64,000 nt of DNA from Planctomycetota bacterium (GCA_046290465.1 JBKAGP010000001.1:6432001-6496000); one strand, 5' to 3'. Counted from the stretch's first letter, positions 26,986 to 36,554 are shown. The notes: generated by a model from the sequence alone, not told the origin. Numbers and translations: made by a program.

Positions 26986-29022
26986 CTACCGGCCGCGGTG
27001 CCGCGCCGCGACCGGCCGGATGTGGCGGGTCCACACCGCGTAGCCGGCGGCGTTGAGGTGCAGCATGTCGTCCTGGAAGAAGCGCGGGTCGGGGCTGCCG
27101 TCGGCCCGCAGCAGGTCCTGGGTCGGGTCGACGAACTCGAGCAGCGGATCGGCCTCGCAGGTCGCGCGCACCAGGGCGTTGGCCGCGTCGACGAGCGCGC
27201 GGTGCTCGCTGCGCGACGGCGTCGGCGTGATCGCGAGGAAGCAGATCGGCACCTGCGGGTGCAGCCGACGGATCCGCTGCACCAGCAGTTCGAACAGCTC
27301 GTGCACCCGGTCGGCGCGCTTCGGCCGGTCGCCGGCGAGGTCGTTGGTGCCCGAGAACACGAACACCGCGCTCGGCGCCGGGTGCGGCGCGAGCAGCTGC
27401 TGGCACCAGTAGCAGGCGTCGAACAGCCGCGAGCCGCCGAAGCCCCGCTGCACCACCGGCACCGGCGCCAGGTCGTCGGCGAGCGTGTGCCACAGCCGGA
27501 TGCTGGAGCTGCCGACGAACACCGCCGCGCCGCTCGGCGCGGTCCGCGCGGCGTCGGTCCGCGCGAACGCGTCCATGTCCTTGCGCCAGCGCTGCGGGTT
27601 CTCGCCGGCCGGAACGTCGAGCGCCGGCAGCGGGGTGCGCCGCGAAAGCCAGCCGGCCTCGTCGTTGCCGCAGACGTGCAGCAGCCTCCGTTCGCAGGCG
27701 AGCACCATGCCGGCGATCGCGTTGGCGACGTGGGGCTCGCCGAGGTAGTGGTCGCCGCCGTTGTTGCGCTTGCCGCCGACGTAGCCGGCGGAGCCGTCGG
27801 GCTGGCACATCAGCGCGCCGTACCAGCGCCAGTTCTGCAGGTGGCGGCGGCACGCGTCGCGGTCGATCCGGCAGAGCGCCGCGGTGCCGAAGATCATGCC
27901 GATCGAACCGGTCGCATGGGCCTCGCGCATGCGGTTGCTGTGGGTCTCGAGGTAGCCCGCCATGCGTCGGTAGAGCGGCTCCCGCTCGCCGCGCAGCGCC
28001 AACGCCAGCGCCATCTGGCCGGTGCGCGCCGAGGCGTCCCAGTAGCCGGTCTGCAGCGTCCAGTAGCGCACGCCGCCGTTGTCGCCGGTCGACTTCTCGA
28101 TCTCCGCGAGCGAACGCTGCCACGCGGTCTCGTCGAGCCGGCACCCGGCGCGCTCGGCCAGCGCCCACAGCAGATGGGCGTGGGTGTTGACGATGTTCAG
28201 GCCCTTGCCGCCGTAGCCGACCTTGATGCCGTGGCCGTAGCGGCCCTCTCCGGTCTGGCGCGCGGCCAGGCAGTCGCACAGCAGCTGGATCGTCGGCAGC
28301 CATTGCTCGTCGCCGGTCGCGAGCACGTACTCGGCCAGGTAGATCCCCGACATCGTCAGGTGCCAGTTGGACAGGCCGGCCGGTTCGAGCAGGGTGTCGC
28401 CGATGGTGGCGCGGCGCGCGGGTCCGGCCAGGTACGCCGCGATCTCGGCCAGCGCTTCGCGGTGGGCGGGATCGCCTTGGCCGAGCAGCGCCAGGCCGCA
28501 CAGGGCGGTGGTGTAGCGCGACGCGTCCTCGCCGGTGCGCGCCTGCCACGAGCCGTTGTCGCGACGGGTGCGCAGCAGGTCCTGCACGACGCCGTCCGTG
28601 AACGCCGGCATGGTCCCGACCTGGACCTGCAGCTGCACGGTCTCTTCGCCGCGGCGCACCGTCAGCCGCAGCGGCTCGCCGTCCTCGTGCCTCAGGATCG
28701 CGTTGCCGAGGCTCTTCATCGGGCCGTCGAGCACGTTGATGTCGCGGCTGTGCGCGGGCGGTGCCGCGTCGTCGATCGCGACGATCACGTCGCCCTTCTG
28801 CAGGCCGGCGCGGTCGGCGGGCGCGCCCCGCTGCACTCCGAGCACCTCGATCGTCGTGCGGTCGGCCACGACCTCGCCGCTGCCACCGAGCGGTCCGAGC
28901 GGGAAGCGCGCGAAGTCGCCCTTCTTGGCGTCGCGGCGGGGTGGCTCGGGCTGTTGGGCGCGCGCCAGCGGTGCGGCGCAGGCGGCGGCGAGCAGCAGCA
29001 GGCTGAGGCTTGGCGGATGCAT
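26986..29022 (-). CDS. Secreted PDZ + alpha/alpha-barrel (DUF6288-like) + SGNH/GDSL hydrolase fusion protein
   Basis: PDZ (GAPADRAGLQKGDVIVAID); Trp/Gly-rich helical repeats (DNGSW, LAEYVLATGD, QTGEGRYGH); GDSL blocks FVGSSSIRLW, RGFGGS, GTND and DMLHLNAAGY. Confidence 0.78.
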   Translation of the reverse strand: MHPPSLSLLLLAAACAAPLARAQQPEPPRRDAKKGDFARFPLGPLGGSGEVVADRTTIEVLGVQRGAPADRAGLQKGDVIVAIDDAAPPAHSRDINVLDGPMKSLGNAILRHEDGEPLRLTVRRGEETVQLQVQVGTMPAFTDGVVQDLLRTRRDNGSWQARTGEDASRYTTALCGLALLGQGDPAHREALAEIAAYLAGPARRATIGDTLLEPAGLSNWHLTMSGIYLAEYVLATGDEQWLPTIQLLCDCLAARQTGEGRYGHGIKVGYGGKGLNIVNTHAHLLWALAERAGCRLDETAWQRSLAEIEKSTGDNGGVRYWTLQTGYWDASARTGQMALALALRGEREPLYRRMAGYLETHSNRMREAHATGSIGMIFGTAALCRIDRDACRRHLQNWRWYGALMCQPDGSAGYVGGKRNNGGDHYLGEPHVANAIAGMVLACERRLLHVCGNDEAGWLSRRTPLPALDVPAGENPQRWRKDMDAFARTDAARTAPSGAAVFVGSSSIRLWHTLADDLAPVPVVQRGFGGSRLFDACYWCQQLLAPHPAPSAVFVFSGTNDLAGDRPKRADRVHELFELLVQRIRRLHPQVPICFLAITPTPSRSEHRALVDAANALVRATCEADPLLEFVDPTQDLLRADGSPDPRFFQDDMLHLNAAGYAVWTRHIRPVAARHRGR

Positions 29023-29066
29023 GCGCGGACTCTAGCACGGCAGTCGGCCGCGGCGCGGCGGCCGAC

Positions 29067-29909
29067 TCAGCGCTCGTCGTCCTGGCGCGCGGCCTGCCGC
29101 CGCAGCCAGGCGCGCTGCTGCTCGGGGCCCCTGCCGGCCAGCCCCTCGAGCCAGGCACCGCGATCGTGGTGGTCGGGGCGGTGCTCGATGAGCCACGCCA
29201 GCATCACGTCGCGGTGGAAGCGCCAGACCTTCTCGTCGGCCCCTTCGGGCTTGGGGTGCGCGACGCGGCGCGCGAAGTGGTTCTCGACCGGCGCCATCGG
29301 CTTGGACGGTGACATCTCCGGCACCTCGGGGATCAGCTTCTGCAGCACGTTCGGGTCGCACCAGCTGAGCTTGACCTGCACGGTGCCCATGCGATCGAGC
29401 ACGATCGCCGAGTGCGGCAGGTCGCCGAACAGCGCGCGGCTCTGGTCGCCCTCGTCGTCGATCCATACGTCGACGTCGAGGTTCATCTCCTGCAGCGCCT
29501 TCTTGGCCAGCGCGGCGCGCTCGGCGAAATCCTTCGGCTGCCGAACGTCACGGAACGCCATCTGGCGGGCGTGCGGTTCGCGTTGGTAGACGATCACGAA
29601 GCGAACGTCGTTCGGGTGCTTCTCGTAGGCCTTGATGAGGTTCCGCAGACCTGCGGCGTTGCGACGGAACGGCGGTCAAGTGTAGGAGCCGGCGATCAGC
29701 ACGAGCTTGCGGCCGCGCTCGAGGTGCAGGCTGCGCGGCCGGCCGTCGAGATCCCACAGGCGCAGGTCCGGCGCCGCGGTGCCGACGCGCGGCTGGCTCT
29801 GCGCGTAGATCGTGCCGGAGTATTGGTCGATCCAGCGCTTGCCCATCTGGGCGGGGAGGCAGCTCGCGAGCAGTGCGGCCGTCGTTGCGAACGTGGCGAT
29901 CGGGTTCAT
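29067..29909 (-). CDS. Iodothyronine deiodinase-like thioredoxin-fold selenoprotein (in-frame UGA = Sec at 29678-29676)
   Basis: ORFs 29676..29930 and 29067..29597 are in the same frame, separated only by TGA in GSYT-TGA-PPFR. Also APDLRLWDLDG upstream, and YQREPH and WIDDEGD..FGDLP downstream, all deiodinase-like motifs. Confidence 0.85.
29640..29675 (-). promoter_or_regulatory. Putative bacterial SECIS element
   Basis: mRNA after the UGA reads CCGCCGUUCCGUCGCAACG-CCGCA-GGUC-UGCGG-AAC; contains GCAGGUCUGC, as in the apical hairpin of the E. coli fdhF SECIS (from recall). Confidence 0.7.
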
Positions 29910-29938
29910 GTCGGACGGACTCCGGGTCACGCCCGAGC

Positions 29939-30988
29939 TTACCGCAATTCCGGCGACGCCTCGCGCAGCACGCGGAAGCCGACGTCGTCGGCGCGCACGG
30001 TCGGCCGCAGGCGCATGCGCATCGCGTTGCGGCAGAAGATGCCGTCCAGCACGTACGAGCCGCCGCGCAGCACGCGGAACTCCGCCTCACCGGCGGGGGC
30101 ACGTTCGCCGGCGTAGGCGCCGCGAACGTAGGCGTCGGCGCACCACTCGAACGCGTTGGCGGTCATGTCGTGCAGGCCGAAGCCGTTGGCCTGGTAACGG
30201 CCGACCTCCCGCAGCCGGCCGCTCTCCTGGTTGGCGGCTTCGGTGTCGCAGGTGTCGCCGTAGGCGTAGACGCGCTGGCCCGGCCCGCGCGCGGCCTTCT
30301 CCCACTCGGTCTCGGTCGGCAGGCGGTGGCGCGTGCCCGCAGTCGCGGTCCGCCATCGGCAATCGGCCACGGCGCCGGCCCAGCTCACCGTGACGACCGG
30401 CAGGTCGGGCGCGTCGGTCGCGAACGGCTGGTCCGGGCCGTTGCGTTGGATGCGGCACTTGGCGCCGTCGAGGTCGAGCCAGGTCGGGTCGACCTCCGCT
30501 GTGTCGTTGAGGAAGCGCACGAACTGCGCGTTGCTGGTCTCGTACGTCGCCAGCCAGAAGCCGTCCGTCGCGGGCGTCGACAGCGGCCGTTCGTCCTCCT
30601 GGCCGACGCCGAGTGCGTCGCCGCGCACGGCCGGGCCCGGCGGGATCCAGCAGAAGCCGGGTTCTGCCGTGGGGGCGGCTGAGACCGTCACCTCGGTGAT
30701 GCCGGCCGGCTCGAAGCCGAGCTCGCGCCGCGGCAGCGGCACGGCGAACCGCGGCGGCTCGTCGTCGACCGACAGCGCGTAGCGGCCGGGCGGCAGCCGC
30801 AGCGAGAGTTCGCGGCCCGAACCGAGCGTGCGCGGCGCCGCGAAGCCGTCGCGCACGACCGAGTAGAGCTGCACCGCCCTGCCGGTCGGGTTGTGCACGA
30901 CGACGCGGCGTAGCTCGCGCGGCGGCAGGTCGGTCGCGCAGGCCGCCGCGAGCAGCGGCAGCAGCAGCAGGGGGCGGCGTCGGATCAT
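29939..30988 (-). CDS. Formylglycine-generating-enzyme (SUMF1/FGE-sulfatase) domain lipoprotein
   Basis: Lipobox AAAC; PVVTVSW, HRLPTETEWEKAARG, NGFGLHDM..N.FEW, RVLRGGSY and VGFRV motifs. Confidence 0.88.
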   Translation of the reverse strand: MIRRRPLLLLPLLAAACATDLPPRELRRVVVHNPTGRAVQLYSVVRDGFAAPRTLGSGRELSLRLPPGRYALSVDDEPPRFAVPLPRRELGFEPAGITEVTVSAAPTAEPGFCWIPPGPAVRGDALGVGQEDERPLSTPATDGFWLATYETSNAQFVRFLNDTAEVDPTWLDLDGAKCRIQRNGPDQPFATDAPDLPVVTVSWAGAVADCRWRTATAGTRHRLPTETEWEKAARGPGQRVYAYGDTCDTEAANQESGRLREVGRYQANGFGLHDMTANAFEWCADAYVRGAYAGERAPAGEAEFRVLRGGSYVLDGIFCRNAMRMRLRPTVRADDVGFRVLREASPELR

Positions 30989-31017
30989 GACGGGCGGACG
31001 CAGCAGGTGCCCGGACC

Positions 31018-31899
31018 TTACATCTTGTCCGGATCCTGCCCGCGCAGCACCGAGTTGCCCTCGAAGGTCTCGCGCAGGTTGGCCGACGCCGGCTTCGCCA
31101 GCATCGTCTCGTTCAGTCGGCCGCTCTGGCCGAAGAACGTGATCGGGTTCTTCCAGACCAGCTGTTCGACCTGCTCGCGCGGCACGCCGGCCTGCTCGAG
31201 CTTGACGACCGTGCGCGGCACCATCAGCGGGTCGCTGATGCCCCAGTCGGCCGCGCTGTTGATGATGAACCGCTCGATGCCGTACTCGAGCACGATCGAG
31301 ACCATGCGCGTCGGGTCCATCTTGGTGTTCGGGTAGATCGAGAAGCCCGAGTAGCAGCCGAGGTCGCGGGTGATCTTGATCGTCTCCTCGTTGCCGTGGT
31401 CGAGCAGCACGCGCTCCCACGGGAAGTCCTGCTCCTTGACGATGGCGATGCAGCGCTCGAAGCCCTTCTTCTTGTCGCGATGCGGCGTGTGCACCAGCAC
31501 CGGCAGGTCGTGCTTCTTGGCGAGCTCGATCTGCGCCGACATGAACTTCTCCTCGGTCTTGGTCTGGTCGTCGAGACCGATCTCGCCGATGCCGACACAG
31601 GAGTCCTTCTCGCAGTAGCGCGGCAGGATGTCGAGCACGTCCTGGTTGACGCGGTCGTCGTTGGCCTCGCGCGGGTTGAGCCCCATCGTGCAGAAGTGGT
31701 GGATGCCGAACTGCTGCGCGCGGTGCCGTTCCCAGCCGATCAGCGTCTCGAAGTAGTCGATGAACGAACCGACCGACGTGCGGTTCTGGCCGAGCCAGAA
31801 CGCCGGCTCCAGCACGGCGCGCACGCCGGCGAAGCTCAGCTTCTCGTAGTCGTCGGTGATCCGACTGAACATGTGGATGTGCGGCTCGAAGATCAGCAT
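31018..31899 (-). CDS. eboB: TatD-family metallohydrolase, EboB type
   Basis: PHIHMFSRITDDYE, EPAFWLGQ.RTS, GWERHRAQQFGI, GLNPREAN, HTPHRDKK and NSAADWGISDPL motifs. Confidence 0.85.
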   Translation of the reverse strand: MLIFEPHIHMFSRITDDYEKLSFAGVRAVLEPAFWLGQNRTSVGSFIDYFETLIGWERHRAQQFGIHHFCTMGLNPREANDDRVNQDVLDILPRYCEKDSCVGIGEIGLDDQTKTEEKFMSAQIELAKKHDLPVLVHTPHRDKKKGFERCIAIVKEQDFPWERVLLDHGNEETIKITRDLGCYSGFSIYPNTKMDPTRMVSIVLEYGIERFIINSAADWGISDPLMVPRTVVKLEQAGVPREQVEQLVWKNPITFFGQSGRLNETMLAKPASANLRETFEGNSVLRGQDPDKM

Positions 31900-31941
31900 C
31901 GCGGTCTGGGTTGGGCGGGCTCGGACGGGAGGGGTTTCGGA

Positions 31942-32802
31942 TCAGGAGGACAGCTGCTTCAGCAGCTCCTGGATCGCCGGGCGCGGTTCGCGCGGCAGGC
32001 GTTCCTTGGCGAAGCCGGCGATGCCGGCGCCGCGCTCTTGCAGCAGCAGCAGGCCCTCGGCGGCGGCCAGGCGCACGCCGTCGTCGCCGTGCTCGAGGCC
32101 GCCGATCAGGCGCGCCAGCGCGCCGGGGCACGGCGCGCGACCGAGCATGCGCCAGGTGTCGCGCCAGACCGCGCGGCCGGCGGCCTCGCGCTCGGTCGCC
32201 AGGTCCTGCAGCATCGTCGACAGCTCGGCGCTGGCGTGGCTCTCGGCGCCGAACGCGCGCTGCAGCGGCATGTCGACGAACGCGAACTTCAGCAGCAGGC
32301 GGTTGCCGGTGTCGGCGTCGACGACGCCCGCCGCGATCGCGCGGGCGAGCACGTTCTGGTCGCACATCGCGGCCTCGAGGTGCAGCACCACGTTGGTGCG
32401 CAGCACCTCGACGAGCAGGCGTGAGGTCGCCTCGCCGAGCGGCAGGAAGCTCAGGCTGCGCAGCAGCATCGCGCGTTCTTCGATGTCGCCGTGCGCGAAC
32501 ACGTCGACCAGTTCTTCGCCGGTGGCCTCGATCGAGGCGCACAGGAACGCCGCCACCAGATCGCAGGTGCGGAACGCGTCGAGGTCGACCACGACGTCGC
32601 CGAACTCGCGGCGGCCGCCGCCGACCGGATCCTTGCCGAAGCGGCGCGGCAGGCCCGGAAACACGACGGGCAAACGACTTCGGTCGTCGCGCAGCTCGGC
32701 GACGACGGCCTCGGCCAGGTCGGCCGTGGGGCCGAGGAGATGGCGCAGTTCGGACGTGGACATGCGGGGGAACACCATAGCGGCTGGCGTCGGCGCCGTC
32801 AT
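31942..32802 (-). CDS. eboA: EboA-domain protein
   Basis: GDIEERAMLLRSL, LRTNV, NRLLLKFAFV and ELSTMLQDLATEREAAGRAV motifs; directly upstream of eboB. Start uncertain. Confidence 0.72.
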   Translation of the reverse strand: MTAPTPAAMVFPRMSTSELRHLLGPTADLAEAVVAELRDDRSRLPVVFPGLPRRFGKDPVGGGRREFGDVVVDLDAFRTCDLVAAFLCASIEATGEELVDVFAHGDIEERAMLLRSLSFLPLGEATSRLLVEVLRTNVVLHLEAAMCDQNVLARAIAAGVVDADTGNRLLLKFAFVDMPLQRAFGAESHASAELSTMLQDLATEREAAGRAVWRDTWRMLGRAPCPGALARLIGGLEHGDDGVRLAAAEGLLLLQERGAGIAGFAKERLPREPRPAIQELLKQLSS

Positions 32803-32877
32803 CTGCGGTGGGGGAAGACCCCCTGCTGAGGGTAAGTCCCGTCAAGCGAGGGGGCGCAGGCCTCCGATATTGCCAGC

Positions 32878-33369
32878 ATGGCTGACCCTGCAGCGAGAGA
32901 CGAGAGCCCCGCCCCGAATGGCTGCGAACCCGGACGTAGCCGCGTGCTGCTGGTCGAGGACGACGATCTCGACGTGATCGCGTTCCACCGGGTGATGGCG
33001 TCGCTCGGGCTCGACATCGAACTGCAGCGGGCCCGCAACGCCATCGAGGCGTTCGAGATGCTGCGCCTGCAGCTCGAGGAGGGCCGCTCGGAGAGCATGC
33101 TGATCGTGCTCGACCTCAACATGCCGAGCATGAACGGCATCGAGTTCCTGGCGCAGCTGCGCGCCGACCCGGCGCTGCGCAGCTCGGTGGTGTTCGCGTT
33201 CACGACCTCGGACTCGCCGGACGACATGCGCCGCTGCTTCGAGCACAACGTCGCCGCGTACCTGACCAAGGAGGTCGACGAGGACTCGACCCGCAAGCTG
33301 GCCGAGCTGATCGAGGTCTACCTCCGCACCGTCCGCATGCCCCGCATCGAAGCGGTGCCCGCGTCCTGA
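32878..33369 (+). CDS. Single-domain response regulator (Rcp1-like)
   Basis: VLLVEDD, IVLDLNMPSMNGIEFL, FTTSDS..D and AYLTK motifs. Confidence 0.9.
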   Translation: MADPAARDESPAPNGCEPGRSRVLLVEDDDLDVIAFHRVMASLGLDIELQRARNAIEAFEMLRLQLEEGRSESMLIVLDLNMPSMNGIEFLAQLRADPALRSSVVFAFTTSDSPDDMRRCFEHNVAAYLTKEVDEDSTRKLAELIEVYLRTVRMPRIEAVPAS

Positions 33370-34643
33370 TGGTCGACCCGACGCGGCGCGACCTGCTGCG
33401 CGGCGGTGTCGCCGCGCTCGCGGCCACCGCGGCGGCCAAGGCCGGCCCGCGCGGTCCGTTCCTGGTGGTGCCGCGCCGTCGCCGCCTGCGCGTGCTCGGC
33501 ACGCACGTGACGCTGCGCGAGGAGATCCGCCGCAAGGCCGAACAGGACCTCGGCATCGACATCGAGTTCCACCCCGGCGGCGACGCCCAGATCCTGCAGC
33601 GCGCGTCGACGCGGCCGCACAGCTTCGACGTGTTCGAGCAGTGGTCCAACACGATCCGCGTGCTGTGGCACGCCGAGGCGATCCAGGGCCTCGACGTCGC
33701 GCGCATCGAGGCGTGGGACGAGGTCAGCGACCTGACCAAGGTCGGCAGGATCCAGGCCGGCGCCCGCATCGGTCGCGGCGACGCGCCGCACAAGCTGCTG
33801 CACGTGCAGCCCGACGGATCGCTCGGCACCGCGGCCAGCGACCGCGTCAGCTTCCTGCCCTACGTGCACAACGTCGACTCGTTCGGCTACAACGCCGAGC
33901 ACGTCGACGAGGGCGAGCCGTACCGCACCGAGAGCTGGGGCTGGCTGCTCGACGAACGCAACCACGGTCGGGTGGCGCTTGCCAACGAGCCGACCATCGG
34001 CCTGTTCGACGCGGCGCTGGCGGTCGAGGCGCGCGGGCTGATGAAGTTCGGCGACCTCGGCGCGATGACCCGCGACGAGGTCGACCGGCTGTTCGACATC
34101 CTGGTCGAGAAGAAGCGCCAGGGCCACTTCTACGGCGTCTGGCGTTCGGTGCCGCAGTCGGTGCAGCTGATGCGGGACCACCGCGTCGTGATCGAGAGCA
34201 TGTTCTCGCCGGCGGTCGCCGAGCTGCGCGCCGGCGGCACGCCGGTGCACTACGCCGCGCCGCGCGAGGGCTACCGGGCGTGGCACGGCGTCATGTGCCT
34301 GTCGTCGCAGGTCTCCGAGGAGGCCCGGGACGCCGCCTACGAGTTCATGAACTGGTGGCTGAGCGGCTGGGCCGGCGCCTGCATCGCGCGGCAGGGCTAC
34401 TACATCTCGGTGCCCGACCGCGCCCGCGCGTTCCTGTCGCCGGCGGAGTGGAGCTACTGGTACGAGGGCCTGCCGGCGCAGCAGGACCTGCCCGGACCCG
34501 ACGGCCGCACGGTCGCGCGCCGCGGCGAGCGTCGCCGCGGCGGCAGCTACCAGGAGCGCTTCTCCAACATCGCCGTCTGGAACACGGTGATGGACACCTA
34601 CGAGCACAGCATGCTGCGCTGGAGCGAGTTCCTGAGCGCCTAG
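33369..34643 (+). CDS. Tat-exported extracellular solute-binding protein (PotD/PotF-like)
   Basis: Tat signal TRRDLLRGG; NVDSFGYN, ESWGWLLD and PREGYRAW motifs of spermidine/putrescine-type SBPs. Confidence 0.8.
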   Translation: MVDPTRRDLLRGGVAALAATAAAKAGPRGPFLVVPRRRRLRVLGTHVTLREEIRRKAEQDLGIDIEFHPGGDAQILQRASTRPHSFDVFEQWSNTIRVLWHAEAIQGLDVARIEAWDEVSDLTKVGRIQAGARIGRGDAPHKLLHVQPDGSLGTAASDRVSFLPYVHNVDSFGYNAEHVDEGEPYRTESWGWLLDERNHGRVALANEPTIGLFDAALAVEARGLMKFGDLGAMTRDEVDRLFDILVEKKRQGHFYGVWRSVPQSVQLMRDHRVVIESMFSPAVAELRAGGTPVHYAAPREGYRAWHGVMCLSSQVSEEARDAAYEFMNWWLSGWAGACIARQGYYISVPDRARAFLSPAEWSYWYEGLPAQQDLPGPDGRTVARRGERRRGGSYQERFSNIAVWNTVMDTYEHSMLRWSEFLSA

Positions 34644-34659
34644 GCCGGGCGATCCGACC

Positions 34660-36501
34660 ATGAAGCTGACGTCGAAGATCCGCGTGGGATTCCTGGTGGT
34701 GCTCGGCCTGCACATCGCGGTCGCCGCGATGGCGCACGTCGGCCAGGAGCGCGCGCAGCGGGACCTGTCGCGGGTGGAGGACGGCAACCGCCTGACGCGC
34801 AGCATGCTCGAGGTCGACCGCCTCGTCGGGGTGCTGCGCGGTGCCGTGCAGGGCTATACGTTCTCGGGCAACCAAGGCCTCGCCGTGCGCGGCGAACGGA
34901 CCTACGAAGAGCTGGTGCACCGCCTCGAGGAGGTCGAGCGCATGCTGTCCGAGGAGCGGGCCGCCGAGGTCGCCGCCATGGCCGCGTCGCTGGCGAGCTA
35001 TGCCGCGAACTTCCGCGCCGCAGTCGAGGACCGCACCCGACGCGAGCAGTTGGTGCAGGAGGACCTGCCGGCGCTGGCCCGCCGCTCCGACGGCCTGCAG
35101 GCCGACCTGCAGGCGCAGCTGCGCGCCGAGGCCGGCGGCGACGATCCGGCCGGACGCAGCCGCGCGCTGCGCGAGGCCGCGCGGCTGCTACTGGTCGCGC
35201 AGAACGGGGCACACCAGTACCTGGTGCAGCTCGACAGCGAGGCGATGCGCCGCGCCAACGCGGCGATCGCGTCCCTGCGCGATCAGCTCCGCGCCTACCC
35301 GGACCTGCTGCTCGCGTTCGATCCGGTCGCCTCCGAGTACGAACGCGTGCTGCTCGGCCTGGTGCAGTCGACGCGCGGCTACCTGCACCTGGTGCACGTC
35401 GTGATGGCCGCCGAGGCCGTCGAGTTCCTGCGCGCGTCGGCCGAGCTGCGCGAGGCCGCCAAGCAGCGCGTCGAGCTGCTGCAGGCCGGCATCCGCCGCC
35501 AGCAGGAGGACTACCGGATGTGGAGCAACGTCGTCTCGGTCGTCACGATCGTGCTGGGTCTGCTCGCCGGGGCCGTGCTCGGCCGGCTGGTGGTGGGGCC
35601 GCTGCAGGCGATCACGGCGACGCTGCGGCGGCTGCGCCGCGGCGAGCCGGCCGAGATCCCGGGCCTCGACCGCAGGGACGAGATCGGCGACATGGCCAGC
35701 GCGGCGCAGCAGCTCAGGGAGCGCAGCGCCGAGGCCGAGCGCCTGACCCGCGAACAGGAGCGCATGATCGAGGACCTCGAGCGCAGCAACCGCGACCTCG
35801 ACGACTTCACCCGCATCGCTTCGCACGACCTGAAGGCGCCGCTGCGCGCGATCGCGACGATCGCACGCTGGATCGAGGAGGACTGTGGCGAGCAGCTGCC
35901 GGAGCTCGCGCGCGGCCACCTGGAGCGGCTCAACCAGCGGGTGGTGCGCACAAGCCGGCTGCTCAGCGACCTCAAGTCCTACTCCAAGCTGACCCGCGGC
36001 GACGAGGCTCACGAGCGCGTCGACGTCTGCGAACTGCTGCGCGACCTGTCGCGCATGTCCGGCGAGGTGGCGTTCCCGTGTGAGCTGCGCGCGCCCGACC
36101 AGGTGATGATCACGACCGTGCCGGTGGCGTTGACGCAGGTGGTCGGCAACCTGCTGGCGAACTCGGTGCGCCACCACGACCGGCCCGAGGGCAACGTCGT
36201 GCTCGAGGTCGTGCAAGAACCCGGTGCGGTGACGATCACGGTCACCGACGACGGTCCCGGCATCCCGCCCGAGCACCACGAGCGCGTGTTCGCGCCGTTC
36301 CAGACGCTGCACCCGCGCGAGGACCAGGAGAACAGCGGCCTCGGCCTGGCGATCGTGCGCAGCCTGGTCGACCGGAACGGCGGCGAGCTGTCGCTCGAGT
36401 CACCGGTGCAGAACGGCCGCGGCGCCCGCTTCGTGGTGCGCTGGCCGGACGCCGCGGCGTCGGCCCCGGCCCCGGCCGAGCCGGTCTGTGTCGCGACGTA
36501 A
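34660..36501 (+). CDS. Membrane sensor histidine kinase (periplasmic helical sensor, HAMP, HisKA, HATPase)
   Basis: Two TM segments; RRDEIGDMA (HAMP); ASHDLKAPLR (H-box); NLLANSVRH, DDGPGI and GLGLAIV. Confidence 0.92.
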   Translation: MKLTSKIRVGFLVVLGLHIAVAAMAHVGQERAQRDLSRVEDGNRLTRSMLEVDRLVGVLRGAVQGYTFSGNQGLAVRGERTYEELVHRLEEVERMLSEERAAEVAAMAASLASYAANFRAAVEDRTRREQLVQEDLPALARRSDGLQADLQAQLRAEAGGDDPAGRSRALREAARLLLVAQNGAHQYLVQLDSEAMRRANAAIASLRDQLRAYPDLLLAFDPVASEYERVLLGLVQSTRGYLHLVHVVMAAEAVEFLRASAELREAAKQRVELLQAGIRRQQEDYRMWSNVVSVVTIVLGLLAGAVLGRLVVGPLQAITATLRRLRRGEPAEIPGLDRRDEIGDMASAAQQLRERSAEAERLTREQERMIEDLERSNRDLDDFTRIASHDLKAPLRAIATIARWIEEDCGEQLPELARGHLERLNQRVVRTSRLLSDLKSYSKLTRGDEAHERVDVCELLRDLSRMSGEVAFPCELRAPDQVMITTVPVALTQVVGNLLANSVRHHDRPEGNVVLEVVQEPGAVTITVTDDGPGIPPEHHERVFAPFQTLHPREDQENSGLGLAIVRSLVDRNGGELSLESPVQNGRGARFVVRWPDAAASAPAPAEPVCVAT

Positions 36502-36554
36502 TTGCGCGGGATCCTGACGCGACTTGGCCGGCGTCGTTGGCTAGGGTGCTGGCG

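Noticed and set aside
29598..29909. Pseudogene interpretation of the split ORF
   Set aside because: The stop is UGA exactly at the catalytic Cys/Sec position, the frame is preserved on both sides and a SECIS-like hairpin follows.
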